From: an uncultured archaeon
GTDB lineage: Archaea > Aenigmatarchaeota > Aenigmatarchaeia > CG10238-14 > SCSR01
Length of the DNA stretch: 62,764 nt
Assembly (NCBI GenBank): GCA_964427055.1
Contig: CAYRSQ010000001.1
Location: 21,250-84,013 of the forward strand
Reading direction: 5' to 3'
The notes under the pieces were generated by a model. The model did no database searches, had not been told where the DNA came from, and saw only the letters and a list, made by a program, of their open reading frames with translations. Of the stretch, positions 35,571 to 45,915 are shown one piece after another; the stretch's first letter is position 1; every line of letters starts with the position of its first letter. The position numbers and the translations under genes are program-made.

Positions 35571-37262
35571 TTATCCTTCCAATTTGAACCTTTTGGATAC
35601 GAAAGCTCGCTCTAAGCTCTGAATCAAAGGAACCAATCTAGGACCATACGTCTTTCCTAACAATATCATATAAGATGCTTTGAATATGTCCTTTGCTTTT
35701 ATAGCATGTTTGACAGCCTCAGAATTTATTTCGTTCCATATTTCAGAATCTGTTCTGTTTTTTACTAAAAATTTACCCAAATTCATGAGTGCGTCTCGTT
35801 GAGTCTCTGGTAATTCATATACAACTTCAGGTATTTCTTTTAAAATTGATATTTTTATTTCTTCAGTCGCGAAAGTTTTCACCCATAATTTGGCGTAATT
35901 CAATGTTTCTTCCAGTATTTGCTTCTCTTTTTTGTTCAATGATTCGAAATGCTTCTCACGTTTCAGTATACCGATGACTCTTTCAAGCATATCGTCTTCT
36001 GGAACCAACTGGACTAACATTGCGGCAAACTCGAATGATATCCTATATGGTTTTTTCTTCGGAATGTCCTTGATTGTCAATTCGTATATTCTATTGGCAT
36101 TTACTTTCTCTCTCTCGCTGACATCTTCTTCCCCGAAATATATACGTTCTATCCTATCAAATTCCCTATAGAGGAATGGTATCGTATCTCCTTCTGGAGT
36201 GAAATCTATCGTAGTTTCCGGCCTACTTTTTATCATCAAGAATCTCAACATTTCCACTGGTAGAACATCTGTCATCTCTGCGAAACTAACTCCAAGCCCT
36301 TTAGAGGTAGACATTTTTTTACCACCGACCAAAAAGAATTCATATCCTTTTCCTATGTTGTAGTCATTTCCTATCTTCTTGGAAGATGATGGCCATGGTG
36401 GAGGAAAATCCAATACTTCAACAGCTATAGCAACAGCTACACTTCTACTGCCACCTTTGGTGAAGTGGTCCTTTCCGGCCAATTCACACACAACACCTAC
36501 AGTTGGCCATTTTGCAGCCCACTCAGCTTTCCAAGGCAATTTGCCGTTCCCATCATATGGAGATATCTCTCCTTTATAACCGCAACCGGTGGCCCATTCG
36601 ACCAAATCTTCTTTACATTCAAATTTAAGCATTTCTCTCTCCGAATCCCATTCATAAGCAAAGGTAGTTCCTATTTTGCCGCATTTCGGACAGATTGGTT
36701 GAAAAGGAAGTTTTTCGGAGGCTATTGTCTTCCCGTAAAGTCTCTCGTAGATTTTCTGTATCTTATTCGCGTTGTCAAGAATAACCTTTATCGAATCGTT
36801 AAAATCTCCTTTTATGTACCTTTCTCCTGTGCTCTCCAATTCAGCTTCTATGTTGAAATTTTCAAACTTTTCTGTGCACTGTTTGAAAAAATAATCCGCA
36901 TAACTCTCATAGCCTGTTTCAGGCGATGGTATATTTCTGAGTGGCATGCCCATGTATTTTTTCCATTTTGATTCATCTAATGATTTCGGCAAACCATCCA
37001 TCGGATCTATATCATCGCTACTAAGTATGAATCTAGCTTTCATGCCGTGATTCCTCATAGCCTTAGCTATGATGTCGTGTATCAGCCATCCTCTTGCAGA
37101 ACCAACGTGAATGGGACCAGACGGAGTCTTCTCGTCATATACTATGTACCCATTAGTTTTTACAACCGCTTTTAATTTCTTGTCTTTTTCGACCCTATTT
37201 TTAACTTCCTCTGCCACTGAGTCAGTCCAATACGTCCATTCCTTCTGTTCCATATTAATCAA
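35571..37262 (-). CDS. lysK: lysine--tRNA ligase, class I
   Basis: Contains TPSGPIHVGSARG, YADYF, CPKCGK, GKLPWKAEW, GKDH and KMSTSKG. The pattern matches class I LysRS. Confidence 0.8.
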   Translation of the reverse strand: MINMEQKEWTYWTDSVAEEVKNRVEKDKKLKAVVKTNGYIVYDEKTPSGPIHVGSARGWLIHDIIAKAMRNHGMKARFILSSDDIDPMDGLPKSLDESKWKKYMGMPLRNIPSPETGYESYADYFFKQCTEKFENFNIEAELESTGERYIKGDFNDSIKVILDNANKIQKIYERLYGKTIASEKLPFQPICPKCGKIGTTFAYEWDSEREMLKFECKEDLVEWATGCGYKGEISPYDGNGKLPWKAEWAAKWPTVGVVCELAGKDHFTKGGSRSVAVAIAVEVLDFPPPWPSSSKKIGNDYNIGKGYEFFLVGGKKMSTSKGLGVSFAEMTDVLPVEMLRFLMIKSRPETTIDFTPEGDTIPFLYREFDRIERIYFGEEDVSEREKVNANRIYELTIKDIPKKKPYRISFEFAAMLVQLVPEDDMLERVIGILKREKHFESLNKKEKQILEETLNYAKLWVKTFATEEIKISILKEIPEVVYELPETQRDALMNLGKFLVKNRTDSEIWNEINSEAVKHAIKAKDIFKASYMILLGKTYGPRLVPLIQSLERAFVSKRFKLEG

Positions 37263-37314
37263 TATTCTTTTTGAATTTTATACGTTTTACCCGTTTGTAG
37301 GATGGGTATGAAAC

Positions 37315-37482
37315 TTAAACCTTCATTTTCTCAAGAATTCCAATCTGCTTATTTATCCTATCTATGTCGGATTTAAGTGATTCCTTGTCGTCAAAACTCG
37401 TTGTCGTATTCATTCTGTTCGTAATCTCTATTCTCCTGACTTTCAGCTTTTCTATCTCTTCATCTATATCTTCTGGGGTCAT
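37315..37482 (-). CDS. possible 55-aa coiled-coil protein
   Basis: Translation is MTPEDIDEEIEKLKVRRIEITNRMNTTTSFDDKESLKSDIDRINKQIGILEKMKV. Overlaps the upstream ORF's 3' end by 23 nt. Below the ORF-track cutoff. Confidence 0.3.
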   Translation of the reverse strand: MTPEDIDEEIEKLKVRRIEITNRMNTTTSFDDKESLKSDIDRINKQIGILEKMKV

Positions 37483-37909
37483 TCGTATTCTCTCCTTTAG
37501 TTTGTTTCACATAAAGTTCGTAGATAGGTAGCGTTACCTGACTTTTGAACATCGATTCCATCGTATCTATTTCCCCGAAACTTCCCGCTTCAACAACTCG
37601 TTTCATGATGTCTTTTAGATTGGAAGCTATCGTTTCCACATTCCTCATGTCCACCCTGACAAATCTTGATACAAGCACCAATAATTTGTCCATATTGTAC
37701 AGTATGTTCATCTTATGTCCTTCTAGATATTTCTCTGAAGTCATTCCAGAACTCATTTCTCTCTTAATTTTCAGAAAGCTCCTTTCCAAGTCGGGGTCTC
37801 TATCCTTCAAAATAACATTATCCCCGAAGCTAGATATGAAACGTCTATCAAACATGTTCTGTGTGGCAATACAAAGCGCCAACGGTTCAATTTCCTGCAT
37901 CGTCAGCAT
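37460..37909 (-). CDS. hypothetical protein (149 aa)
   Basis: ORF with coding-like composition, divergent from aIF5B. No motif recognised. Confidence 0.45.
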   Translation of the reverse strand: MLTMQEIEPLALCIATQNMFDRRFISSFGDNVILKDRDPDLERSFLKIKREMSSGMTSEKYLEGHKMNILYNMDKLLVLVSRFVRVDMRNVETIASNLKDIMKRVVEAGSFGEIDTMESMFKSQVTLPIYELYVKQTKGENTNDPRRYR

Positions 37910-38091
37910 AAGTATGACTAATGATTTAGAATACTTAAAATTGAGTGCTTTACGTATTATTAGTAAGGTGGTAATGTCTATAAAAGCGTTATTATAAGGC
38001 TTACGTAGAACTCGAGAAGAAATAAAACCTGATTATGTGATAAATGACTTAATGGATATAAAGAAGATTTTAGAAGAACTAAGAAAGAAAG

Positions 38092-39828
38092 ATGATTCGA
38101 ATGGAGAACAAAAAAATTAGGCAACCTATAGTAGCCGTCCTAGGTCATGTAGACCACGGAAAGACACTTCTCTTAGATAGCATAAGAAAATCAAGAGTTC
38201 AGCACAGTGAAGCAGGAGGAATTACCCAACATATAGGCGCCAGCTTCATACCCATAGAAACTGTTAAGGGAATTTGCGGAAATTTAATGAAACAGCTTAA
38301 AACGGAAATCACTATACCAGGTCTTTTGTTCATAGACACCCCTGGGCACGAAGCATTCGTGACACTCAGGAAAAGAGGAGGGTCCGTGGCGGATATAGCC
38401 ATTTTAGTCGTGGATATAACGACGGGATTCCAACCTCAGACTGATGAAAGTTTGGCGTTTCTGAAAGAATTCAAGACCCCTTTCATAGTTGCGGCAACAA
38501 AGGTCGACAGGTTGACAGGATGGTTCCCGAATGAAAGAGAATCTATAATGGAAAGCCTCAAAAAACAAAGGAACGATGTCAAGAAAGAAATGGAACGGAA
38601 GGTCTTTGAACTGATGGTGCAATTATCTGAAAGGGGATTTGAAGCTGAGAGATTCGATAGGGTAGAAAATTTCACCAAGCAAATCGCAATCGTCCCGTGT
38701 TCAGGGATGACAGGAGAAGGGTTACCTGAATTATTGATGATGTTGACTGGATTGGCTCAACAATTTCTCAAAAACAAATTAACATTATCCGAGAAAGGAA
38801 AGGGAGTCGTTTTAGAAGTAAAAAACATCAGAGGTCTCGGAACTACTATTGATGCTATAGTGTATGATGGAACTGTACATAAAGGTGACTATCTGATTAT
38901 TGGAGGAAAAGAACCGAAAGTGACTAAAATAAAAGCATTACTTAGGCCTAAACCTCTGAAGGAACTTAGAATTGAGAAACAATTCGATTCTTTCGATGAG
39001 GTGCATGCGGCAGCAGGAATCAAAATTGCCGCTCCAGATTTAGAAGGTGTAATAGCTGGATCACCTCTGAGATCGGTAGAAAATGAAAATGAAATAGAAT
39101 CTGCGAGGGAAGAGGTACAGAAAGACGTAGAGGAAGTCGAATTTGAAAAAGGAATAGATGGTATAATCGTCAAAGCGGATAGTCTGGGTGGTCTGGAAGC
39201 GATGATAAAAATGCTGAAAGAAAGAGAAATACCGATACGAAAAGCGGAAGTCGGAAATGTCAATAAACAGGATATAATAGAGGCTCAGAACGTTAAAGAC
39301 GATTTGAAACAGGTTCTATTCGCATTCAACGTTAGCATACTACCTGAAGCAGAAGAACTTGCCAAAATTCTTAAAATAGAGATATTTGAGAGTAACCTAA
39401 TTTACCAAATTTTTGAAGACTATAAAGAATGGACTTATAAAAGAAAGGAAAGGAAACTGGAATATAAACTTGAAAAAGCAGTTCGTCCAGTGAAATTGAA
39501 GATATTACGAGGATGTATATTCAGAGCCAGTAACCCTTGTATAGCCGGTGTAGAGATACTATCTGGATATTTGAAAAAAGGAGTCCGATTGAAAAAGGGA
39601 GATAAAATACTTGGAGAAGTAAAACAGATACAAAAAGAAAACAAAGAAATAAGTAGTGCAGAACTGGGAGATAGAGTGGCCATAAAGATGACTGAACCCA
39701 CAGCGGGTAGGAATCTATTTGAAGAAGATATCCTTATTTCACATCTAACCAAATCTGATAGAAAACTCTTGAAAGAAGTAACTGAAAAACTTTCTCAGAG
39801 CGAAAAAGACCTGTTAGAAGAGATTTAA
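38092..39828 (+). CDS. infB: translation initiation factor aIF5B (IF2 family GTPase)
   Basis: Contains RQPIVAVLGHVDHGKTLLLD, DTPGHEAF and TKVD. An alternative start exists at 38101. Confidence 0.9.
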   Translation: MIRMENKKIRQPIVAVLGHVDHGKTLLLDSIRKSRVQHSEAGGITQHIGASFIPIETVKGICGNLMKQLKTEITIPGLLFIDTPGHEAFVTLRKRGGSVADIAILVVDITTGFQPQTDESLAFLKEFKTPFIVAATKVDRLTGWFPNERESIMESLKKQRNDVKKEMERKVFELMVQLSERGFEAERFDRVENFTKQIAIVPCSGMTGEGLPELLMMLTGLAQQFLKNKLTLSEKGKGVVLEVKNIRGLGTTIDAIVYDGTVHKGDYLIIGGKEPKVTKIKALLRPKPLKELRIEKQFDSFDEVHAAAGIKIAAPDLEGVIAGSPLRSVENENEIESAREEVQKDVEEVEFEKGIDGIIVKADSLGGLEAMIKMLKEREIPIRKAEVGNVNKQDIIEAQNVKDDLKQVLFAFNVSILPEAEELAKILKIEIFESNLIYQIFEDYKEWTYKRKERKLEYKLEKAVRPVKLKILRGCIFRASNPCIAGVEILSGYLKKGVRLKKGDKILGEVKQIQKENKEISSAELGDRVAIKMTEPTAGRNLFEEDILISHLTKSDRKLLKEVTEKLSQSEKDLLEEI

Positions 39829-40604
39829 ATCTCACTTAGCTTACCCAGTATAGTACCGTCCATCATGAATACGTCTGTATTTCTGGGTTTCAGCGCTTTA
39901 CTTTTGAACAAAGGTCCAATGTATTTTCTCTTTCTATTTCTCCTATTTAATGGGATACCACTTATCAATGGATTGAAAGCTGGAAAGACAATTATCTCAA
40001 GTTTCCCTAATTCCATTTTCTCTGAGTCTTCTAATTTGTATTTTTTTATAATCACTTCTTTTTCTAACGTTCCCTTCACCCAAACTTTTTCGACTATACT
40101 GAAACCGAAAGAATCAGTGAATTCAATCGTCGGATGCATATGAGCCGTAAACAAATAATCACAACTCAAGATATCCTTTTTGGGCCAAGCGTGCCCATGG
40201 AAGAATCCGTATTTACCCAGTTTCATTCCATTAGAACCGTATATCTCAACTTCGCTGGGCAATAACCCATCTAATTCAGTGTCATGATTGCCTTTCACCA
40301 GTACCACGTCTATTTTTTTAGACAAAGGCTCTATGAACTTAGGTATTTCTTTTAGCTCTCTAAAGGTTATTCCAGGTATTTTATGTTTGAAGTCCCCCAG
40401 TATTACGAGTTTGTTTGCTCCAGTAAGTTTTATTAGGTTCGAAAATTTGTCATACAACTTCTTAGACTGTGGTGCTATTATTATGCCACTATCAAACAGT
40501 TCACTTTCAATTCCTAGATGAATATCTGCTACAACTAGTATCTTGCCGTATTCTTCGTCATCTATAACTAAAGCGGGTGCATTGTTAAGGAATCTTATGG
40601 ACAT
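39825..40604 (-). CDS. calcineurin-like metallophosphoesterase (ICC/COG1407-like)
   Basis: Contains VVADIHLG, GDFKH, GNHD and HGH. Confidence 0.7.
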   Translation of the reverse strand: MSIRFLNNAPALVIDDEEYGKILVVADIHLGIESELFDSGIIIAPQSKKLYDKFSNLIKLTGANKLVILGDFKHKIPGITFRELKEIPKFIEPLSKKIDVVLVKGNHDTELDGLLPSEVEIYGSNGMKLGKYGFFHGHAWPKKDILSCDYLFTAHMHPTIEFTDSFGFSIVEKVWVKGTLEKEVIIKKYKLEDSEKMELGKLEIIVFPAFNPLISGIPLNRRNRKRKYIGPLFKSKALKPRNTDVFMMDGTILGKLSEI

Positions 40605-40618
40605 CTAATTCACTAAAC

Positions 40619-43009
40619 TTAATTGACTTGTATTATTTTTGTAGCTTCGTCTTTGCCTTTATTCCTCTCAAGCCTATACAAACTTCCTGTAATGGCAGAT
40701 TCCAATGTTTCTTCATGTGTGATTATGAAGACCTGATCAACTATATCATTGATTCCTTCTCTGAGAGTCTGAGCCAAGTCTTCGACTGATTTTGTATCCA
40801 GATTGTGAGTGGGTTCGTCCAAAACTAACCATCTAAGTTGTGGCGCCAATACCAACGCGAAAGCTATTCTCAGTGCCAAGCATGCTATGCTTCTTTCTCC
40901 TCCCGATGCAGTACCTTCAACATTCACCCACGACAAACTTCTTTCTTGCAGTTGTAAAATGTAATCACCTTCCTCTACATAGAGCCTAACTCCTATGAAA
41001 TCCTGATAGGAATATAACGTTTCCCATAAGCTATTCATAGTGAAATTGACTGCTTCTACGAATTCTTTCCTAAGTTCCTCCTGGGTTTTTTTCAACGCAG
41101 CATTGAAAATTTTCAGATCTTTAATTAAGTTATCCATAGTTTCGAGATTGGCTTCCTCTTTCTTCACAAGTTCGAGTTTCGTTTCGTTTTCAATCAATCT
41201 GAATTCTTTTTCCTTCATCAATTCATCAGAATTTATTATAATCATTTCCATTTCCTTTTTCTTGGAAATCATGTCTTTCAATTGTGTATCCAATTCATTT
41301 AATCTATTGAAACTTAGAGAACTTTCGAGTTCTGATATTTTTATCTGCAAGATTTCTCTTTCCGAACTCAATTTTTCCAGTTTCTTTTTATCATTTTCGT
41401 ATTCACTTGACTGAGAAAACAATATCTGTAATTTCTGTTTCTTGTTTCGCGCTTCCTCTATGATTTCCCTACTTTTTTCAATACTCGTTCGCATAGAATC
41501 AAGCTGAATCCTGAGAGAGTCTGTACTTGAACTGTATTCTAATAAAAGCTTAGATGACCGGTCAAATTCGATTTTTATTCCTTCTAAATCGGAGATTTCT
41601 CTGAACATATCCTCAAGTTTCTTTGAGACATTTTCCAAGTATTCCATAGTTTGTCTTTCCGTAATCTCTTTTTGATTGTATTGTTTTATTTTATCCTTCA
41701 ATACAATGAGTTCATTTTTCTTTTCCATCAACAATATTGTTTTCCTTTCTTCTGAAAGTTCAGTACCGCATACTGGGCATGAACCGTCAACTGAAGAAAG
41801 TTTCTCCATATCCTCACGAAGTTCATTCATTTTAAGTCTACAGGCTTCGGCCTCACCCAATAGAGATTGGAATCCATGTTTTTTTTCTTCGATTTGTCCA
41901 GAGACGTTGTTACCTGCATTATCGCGTAGGGATTCAAATTCTCCTTTTATAACCATCTTTTTTTCGAGTTCCAACTTGAATTTATCAATTTTCTCGTTCT
42001 TGATAAATTCCATGTTTGTTTTGGACTTGGCGAAGTTTTCGCTAAGTACATCATATTTTAATTCCATATCGCTAAGATATCCGCTGGTATCATCAATTTG
42101 TTTGGAATAGTTCAGTATCTCTGAAGATAGTGAAGAAACATCTATAGTATCATCTAGAGAGTTCAATTCTTGCTTTATACGTTCAATTGTATTCAAAATC
42201 AAATTTATAGTTGTGTCGAGAGAAATTTCATTCCTTTTCAGAAGTTCCAAAGTGTCTCTTATCTTCTTCAATTCTATTGTTTCCGTTTCTATTCTTAACT
42301 TGTCCGTTTTAATTTGATCCAAATCGAGCGTTATTTTTTCTTTTTCAATTTTCAGTTTCGATATCGATTCCTTAAGTTCTGTCACATCCTTTTCAGTTTT
42401 GGCTAGATTAAACTGCCCGACAGAATTCTGTTTATCAAATTTCTTATCGGATATCCTGTTAGCCATTTTGACTGCATTTGACCTTACCTTTTCGAACCTG
42501 TCTATCACAAGGAGTTCATCTATCTTTTTCATTCGCTGTCCCTTGCCTAGTGTAAGAAAATAATCAATAGAATTCTGTTCCGAATATATCGCTTTGTTAA
42601 AAAGCTCGTAATTGACTTTTAGTTTACTTTCCACTATAGCAGTCACGTTTTTAGTTCCTGGAGATTCCAAAAGTTTACCATTTTCCAATATCTCTGAATA
42701 TGAAGTCCCCTTCTTTCTATCTATTATCCTTTTTACAGAGTAATCGTTTCCGTCAAGTGAGAAGAACACCTCGACCTCAGCTGATTCTTTCTCCGATGGC
42801 TTTTTCATTATAACATCTTCCAATTTCACTTTTCTCAGTTGGAGCTTGGGAAAAGTACCAAAAAGACCGAAACAGATTGCATCTAGAATACTCGTCTTTC
42901 CGCTACCGACTATTCCCACCAATCCGTTTGTACCAGGAGTGAACTCCAGTTCAGACTTTTCGTGAGATTTCCAATTTTTAAGTTTTAGTTTAGTTATCAA
43001 TGAAACCAC
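40619..43009 (-). CDS. rad50: DNA double-strand break repair ATPase Rad50
   Basis: Walker A GIVGSGKTS, long coiled coil, zinc hook CPVCG, signature SGGE, and Walker B LVLDEPT. Confidence 0.9.
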   Translation of the reverse strand: MVSLITKLKLKNWKSHEKSELEFTPGTNGLVGIVGSGKTSILDAICFGLFGTFPKLQLRKVKLEDVIMKKPSEKESAEVEVFFSLDGNDYSVKRIIDRKKGTSYSEILENGKLLESPGTKNVTAIVESKLKVNYELFNKAIYSEQNSIDYFLTLGKGQRMKKIDELLVIDRFEKVRSNAVKMANRISDKKFDKQNSVGQFNLAKTEKDVTELKESISKLKIEKEKITLDLDQIKTDKLRIETETIELKKIRDTLELLKRNEISLDTTINLILNTIERIKQELNSLDDTIDVSSLSSEILNYSKQIDDTSGYLSDMELKYDVLSENFAKSKTNMEFIKNEKIDKFKLELEKKMVIKGEFESLRDNAGNNVSGQIEEKKHGFQSLLGEAEACRLKMNELREDMEKLSSVDGSCPVCGTELSEERKTILLMEKKNELIVLKDKIKQYNQKEITERQTMEYLENVSKKLEDMFREISDLEGIKIEFDRSSKLLLEYSSSTDSLRIQLDSMRTSIEKSREIIEEARNKKQKLQILFSQSSEYENDKKKLEKLSSEREILQIKISELESSLSFNRLNELDTQLKDMISKKKEMEMIIINSDELMKEKEFRLIENETKLELVKKEEANLETMDNLIKDLKIFNAALKKTQEELRKEFVEAVNFTMNSLWETLYSYQDFIGVRLYVEEGDYILQLQERSLSWVNVEGTASGGERSIACLALRIAFALVLAPQLRWLVLDEPTHNLDTKSVEDLAQTLREGINDIVDQVFIITHEETLESAITGSLYRLERNKGKDEATKIIQVN

Positions 43010-44222
43010 CCAATAATCTACCGAGAGCCTCTTCGACTCTGTCTTCTACCAGCAAAGAGAAGGTATCGTCCACATTGAAAGCTGAACCGAACTTTAAATC
43101 ATCCAAATTGTTGTGAAGCAAGTTCAATCCTATCTCCTCCGAAGAGAGTTTTCGTTCTCTCATATTTCTCAGGAACTCTATCTTCTCTGTCATCTCTGGA
43201 GATTCCAATTCCTTTACAAACCTTAAAATAGCATCGTTGCTGTATCTTTTTTCAATTTCCTTTATATCTCTCTCGTTATACTCGTTCTCGTTACCCTTTA
43301 TCTTAAATTTGATTAAAGGTTTTTTCAAGTGTCCAAGAGCGAGTATCTCATTTAACCTCTCGTCCACATTCTTCGCGAGTCCGCCTGCTGTCATAATGTC
43401 TTCAAAGAAGAACTTTCTGGAACTTGTTATTGGACGGAACCTGAATTCTATGTCAGGTTTTCCAGTCTGAGTATGTATTATCTCGATATCGTAGAATCCC
43501 TTCTCTGACCTAGATTCGGACCTATCAAACTGCGTTATGACCGTGCTTCCCGGAAAAAGTATGGGACATCCGGCAGACATTTCCATGCCGGCTCCGTGGA
43601 GATGTCCATCTATTATGACATCAAACCCTTCTGGCAGGTTCGTGACATCTATGCTTGGTTTTTCTAGTGGCGAGTAAAGGAAAGGGGAGATACTCTGATG
43701 GAGAACCAATATATTTACACAATCTGGAATGGGTTTCGGGTTCCAGTTTTCAAGCTCTGTTTTCGCATATCTATCGGGGACCCATGACATTCCATGTATG
43801 GCAATTCTGAAACCATTTTTCTCAAAAATGACGCTGTCCTTATGGAGATATATGAGGATTCCTGCATTTTCCAAAGTTTCAAGTGTATTGATAGTCTTTC
43901 CCCTGAACTCATGGTTTCCATGAATAGCTATTACAGGCTTCTGATTAATGACTCGTTCTGACACGCGCTTTAATGATTTGCTGCAATTAACGAACGATAC
44001 TCCATTGTTCTCAGAAACAATGGGTTCAACGAGTATATTAATCGCTTTGGACCATACTGGGGTTTTAGGAAATTTTGTATCGAATAGATCCCCGGCCACT
44101 AGTATAATGTCCGATTCCAACGCCTTATTCATAGCCTCTGCTGCGTTCTCGAAACTGTCATTTTCCAATTCAGTGTTGTAACCGTATCCGAAATGAAAAT
44201 CCGAAAGGACAGCTACCCTCAT
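42990..44222 (-). CDS. mre11: DNA double-strand break repair nuclease Mre11
   Basis: Contains LSDFHFG, GDLFD, GNHE and HQ motifs. Overlaps rad50 by 20 nt. Confidence 0.9.
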   Translation of the reverse strand: MRVAVLSDFHFGYGYNTELENDSFENAAEAMNKALESDIILVAGDLFDTKFPKTPVWSKAINILVEPIVSENNGVSFVNCSKSLKRVSERVINQKPVIAIHGNHEFRGKTINTLETLENAGILIYLHKDSVIFEKNGFRIAIHGMSWVPDRYAKTELENWNPKPIPDCVNILVLHQSISPFLYSPLEKPSIDVTNLPEGFDVIIDGHLHGAGMEMSAGCPILFPGSTVITQFDRSESRSEKGFYDIEIIHTQTGKPDIEFRFRPITSSRKFFFEDIMTAGGLAKNVDERLNEILALGHLKKPLIKFKIKGNENEYNERDIKEIEKRYSNDAILRFVKELESPEMTEKIEFLRNMRERKLSSEEIGLNLLHNNLDDLKFGSAFNVDDTFSLLVEDRVEEALGRLLGGFIDN

Positions 44223-44347
44223 GTCAATCAGCTGATATTAACTTAATATTGAATATTAAACGTGTTTTCATGGCCGCATTTCCGATGAAACCGTAAAGAA
44301 AATCAATATATTATTAGAATATTCATTATTTCTTAAGGAGCAATCAA

Positions 44348-45805
44348 ATGTCCGAACAAGAAGGAATGAACGTAAAGAAATCAGAAAATTTCTCTGAATG
44401 GTATACTCAGATAGTGGAGAAAGCAGAACTTTCTGACATACGATACAATGTGAAGGGGTTCGTGGTATTCAGACCCTGGTCGGTCATAGCAATGGAACTC
44501 ATGTACGATTTTTTGGAAGAAGAACTACAAAGAAAAGGGCACAAACCTGTATGGTTCCCAGCTCTTATTCCTGAATCAAACTTCAAAAGGGAAGAAAACC
44601 ACGTAAAAGGATTTTCGGCCGAAGTCTTCTGGGTGACTCAAGCTGGTAGCGAAAACAAGGAACTGGAAGAAAGACTTGCTTTGAGGCCTACCAGCGAGAC
44701 TGCGATGTACAATATGTATTCGTTGTGGATAAGAGGCTGGAGAGACTTGCCACTGAAACTTTACCAGAGATGCCAAGTTTGGAGATATGAAGGTAAAGCT
44801 ACGAGACCATTCATACGAAGCAGAGAATTCCATTGGATAGAAGGCCACGATGTATTTGCCACAAGAGAAGAAGCAGAAGCCCAAGTGATAGAGGATATGG
44901 GAATATCCGAGATTGTCCTCCATGGAAAATATGCAATACCTTTCCTTTTCTTTAGGCGCCCCAAGCATGACAAATTCCCTGGAGCTGAAGACACCTATGC
45001 AGCAGACACCATGATGCCGGACGGGAAGGCTCTCCAATTACCTTCAACTCATCTATTGGGTGATAACTTCTCCAAGGCTTTCGACATAAAGTTCACTGAC
45101 AAGGATGGACAGGAGAAATATGCATGGCAGACATGTTACGGACCGGCTGTATCTAGGATATTCGCCGCAGTTATTGCAATCCACGGTGACGACAAGGGGT
45201 TAGTGCTTCCGCCAAACATCTCTCCGGTTCAGATAGTGATTATTCCTATTTTCGACGAAAACAACAAGGAGAAGGTTATTGACGAAGCGGTCAAACTCAA
45301 GAACAACTTGGGAAAACAATTTAGGATAGAACTGGATAAGAGAGAGGAATATACACCAGGATGGAAATTCAATCATTGGGAACTGAGAGGGGTGCCAATC
45401 AGAATAGAAATAGGACCTAAGGATATAGAGAAAAACGAAGTCATTATAGTCAGAAGAGATACAGGTGAAAAACAACCAATACCTATGTTAAAGGTGTATG
45501 TGAAGTCCAAATCATTACTGAAGGACATGCAGAAGAATCTCAGAAAGAAAGCCGACATATATATGAAAAACAGCATTCACAAATCCAAGACCATGAAATC
45601 ACTAAAAGATACCCTAAGAGAAAAGGGAGGTTTCGTGAGATTACATTGGTGTGGAAGCGAAGAATGTGCCGATTACATAAAGGCAGAAACAGACGGAGGC
45701 ACCATAAGGGGGACAAGAATGGGGATGAAGGAAAACGAAAGTGGGAAATGTATTTATTGTAAAAAGGATACAAATAACATAGTGTATGTGGCGAGACAGT
45801 ACTAA
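44348..45805 (+). CDS. proS: proline--tRNA ligase (archaeal/eukaryotic type)
   Basis: Contains FSEWYTQIVEKAEL and the class II motifs. C-terminal Zn-binding domain ends in ...ARQY. Confidence 0.9.
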   Translation: MSEQEGMNVKKSENFSEWYTQIVEKAELSDIRYNVKGFVVFRPWSVIAMELMYDFLEEELQRKGHKPVWFPALIPESNFKREENHVKGFSAEVFWVTQAGSENKELEERLALRPTSETAMYNMYSLWIRGWRDLPLKLYQRCQVWRYEGKATRPFIRSREFHWIEGHDVFATREEAEAQVIEDMGISEIVLHGKYAIPFLFFRRPKHDKFPGAEDTYAADTMMPDGKALQLPSTHLLGDNFSKAFDIKFTDKDGQEKYAWQTCYGPAVSRIFAAVIAIHGDDKGLVLPPNISPVQIVIIPIFDENNKEKVIDEAVKLKNNLGKQFRIELDKREEYTPGWKFNHWELRGVPIRIEIGPKDIEKNEVIIVRRDTGEKQPIPMLKVYVKSKSLLKDMQKNLRKKADIYMKNSIHKSKTMKSLKDTLREKGGFVRLHWCGSEECADYIKAETDGGTIRGTRMGMKENESGKCIYCKKDTNNIVYVARQY

Positions 45806-45915
45806 CAAAATCTATTTAAAAGCTCCCACATAATTTAATTTATCATCCAACGGTTCTATCTGGTTCTGGATGAAACGTGTTAAAAAATATACAGAGGGGG
45901 ATAATTTTGGCTGAT

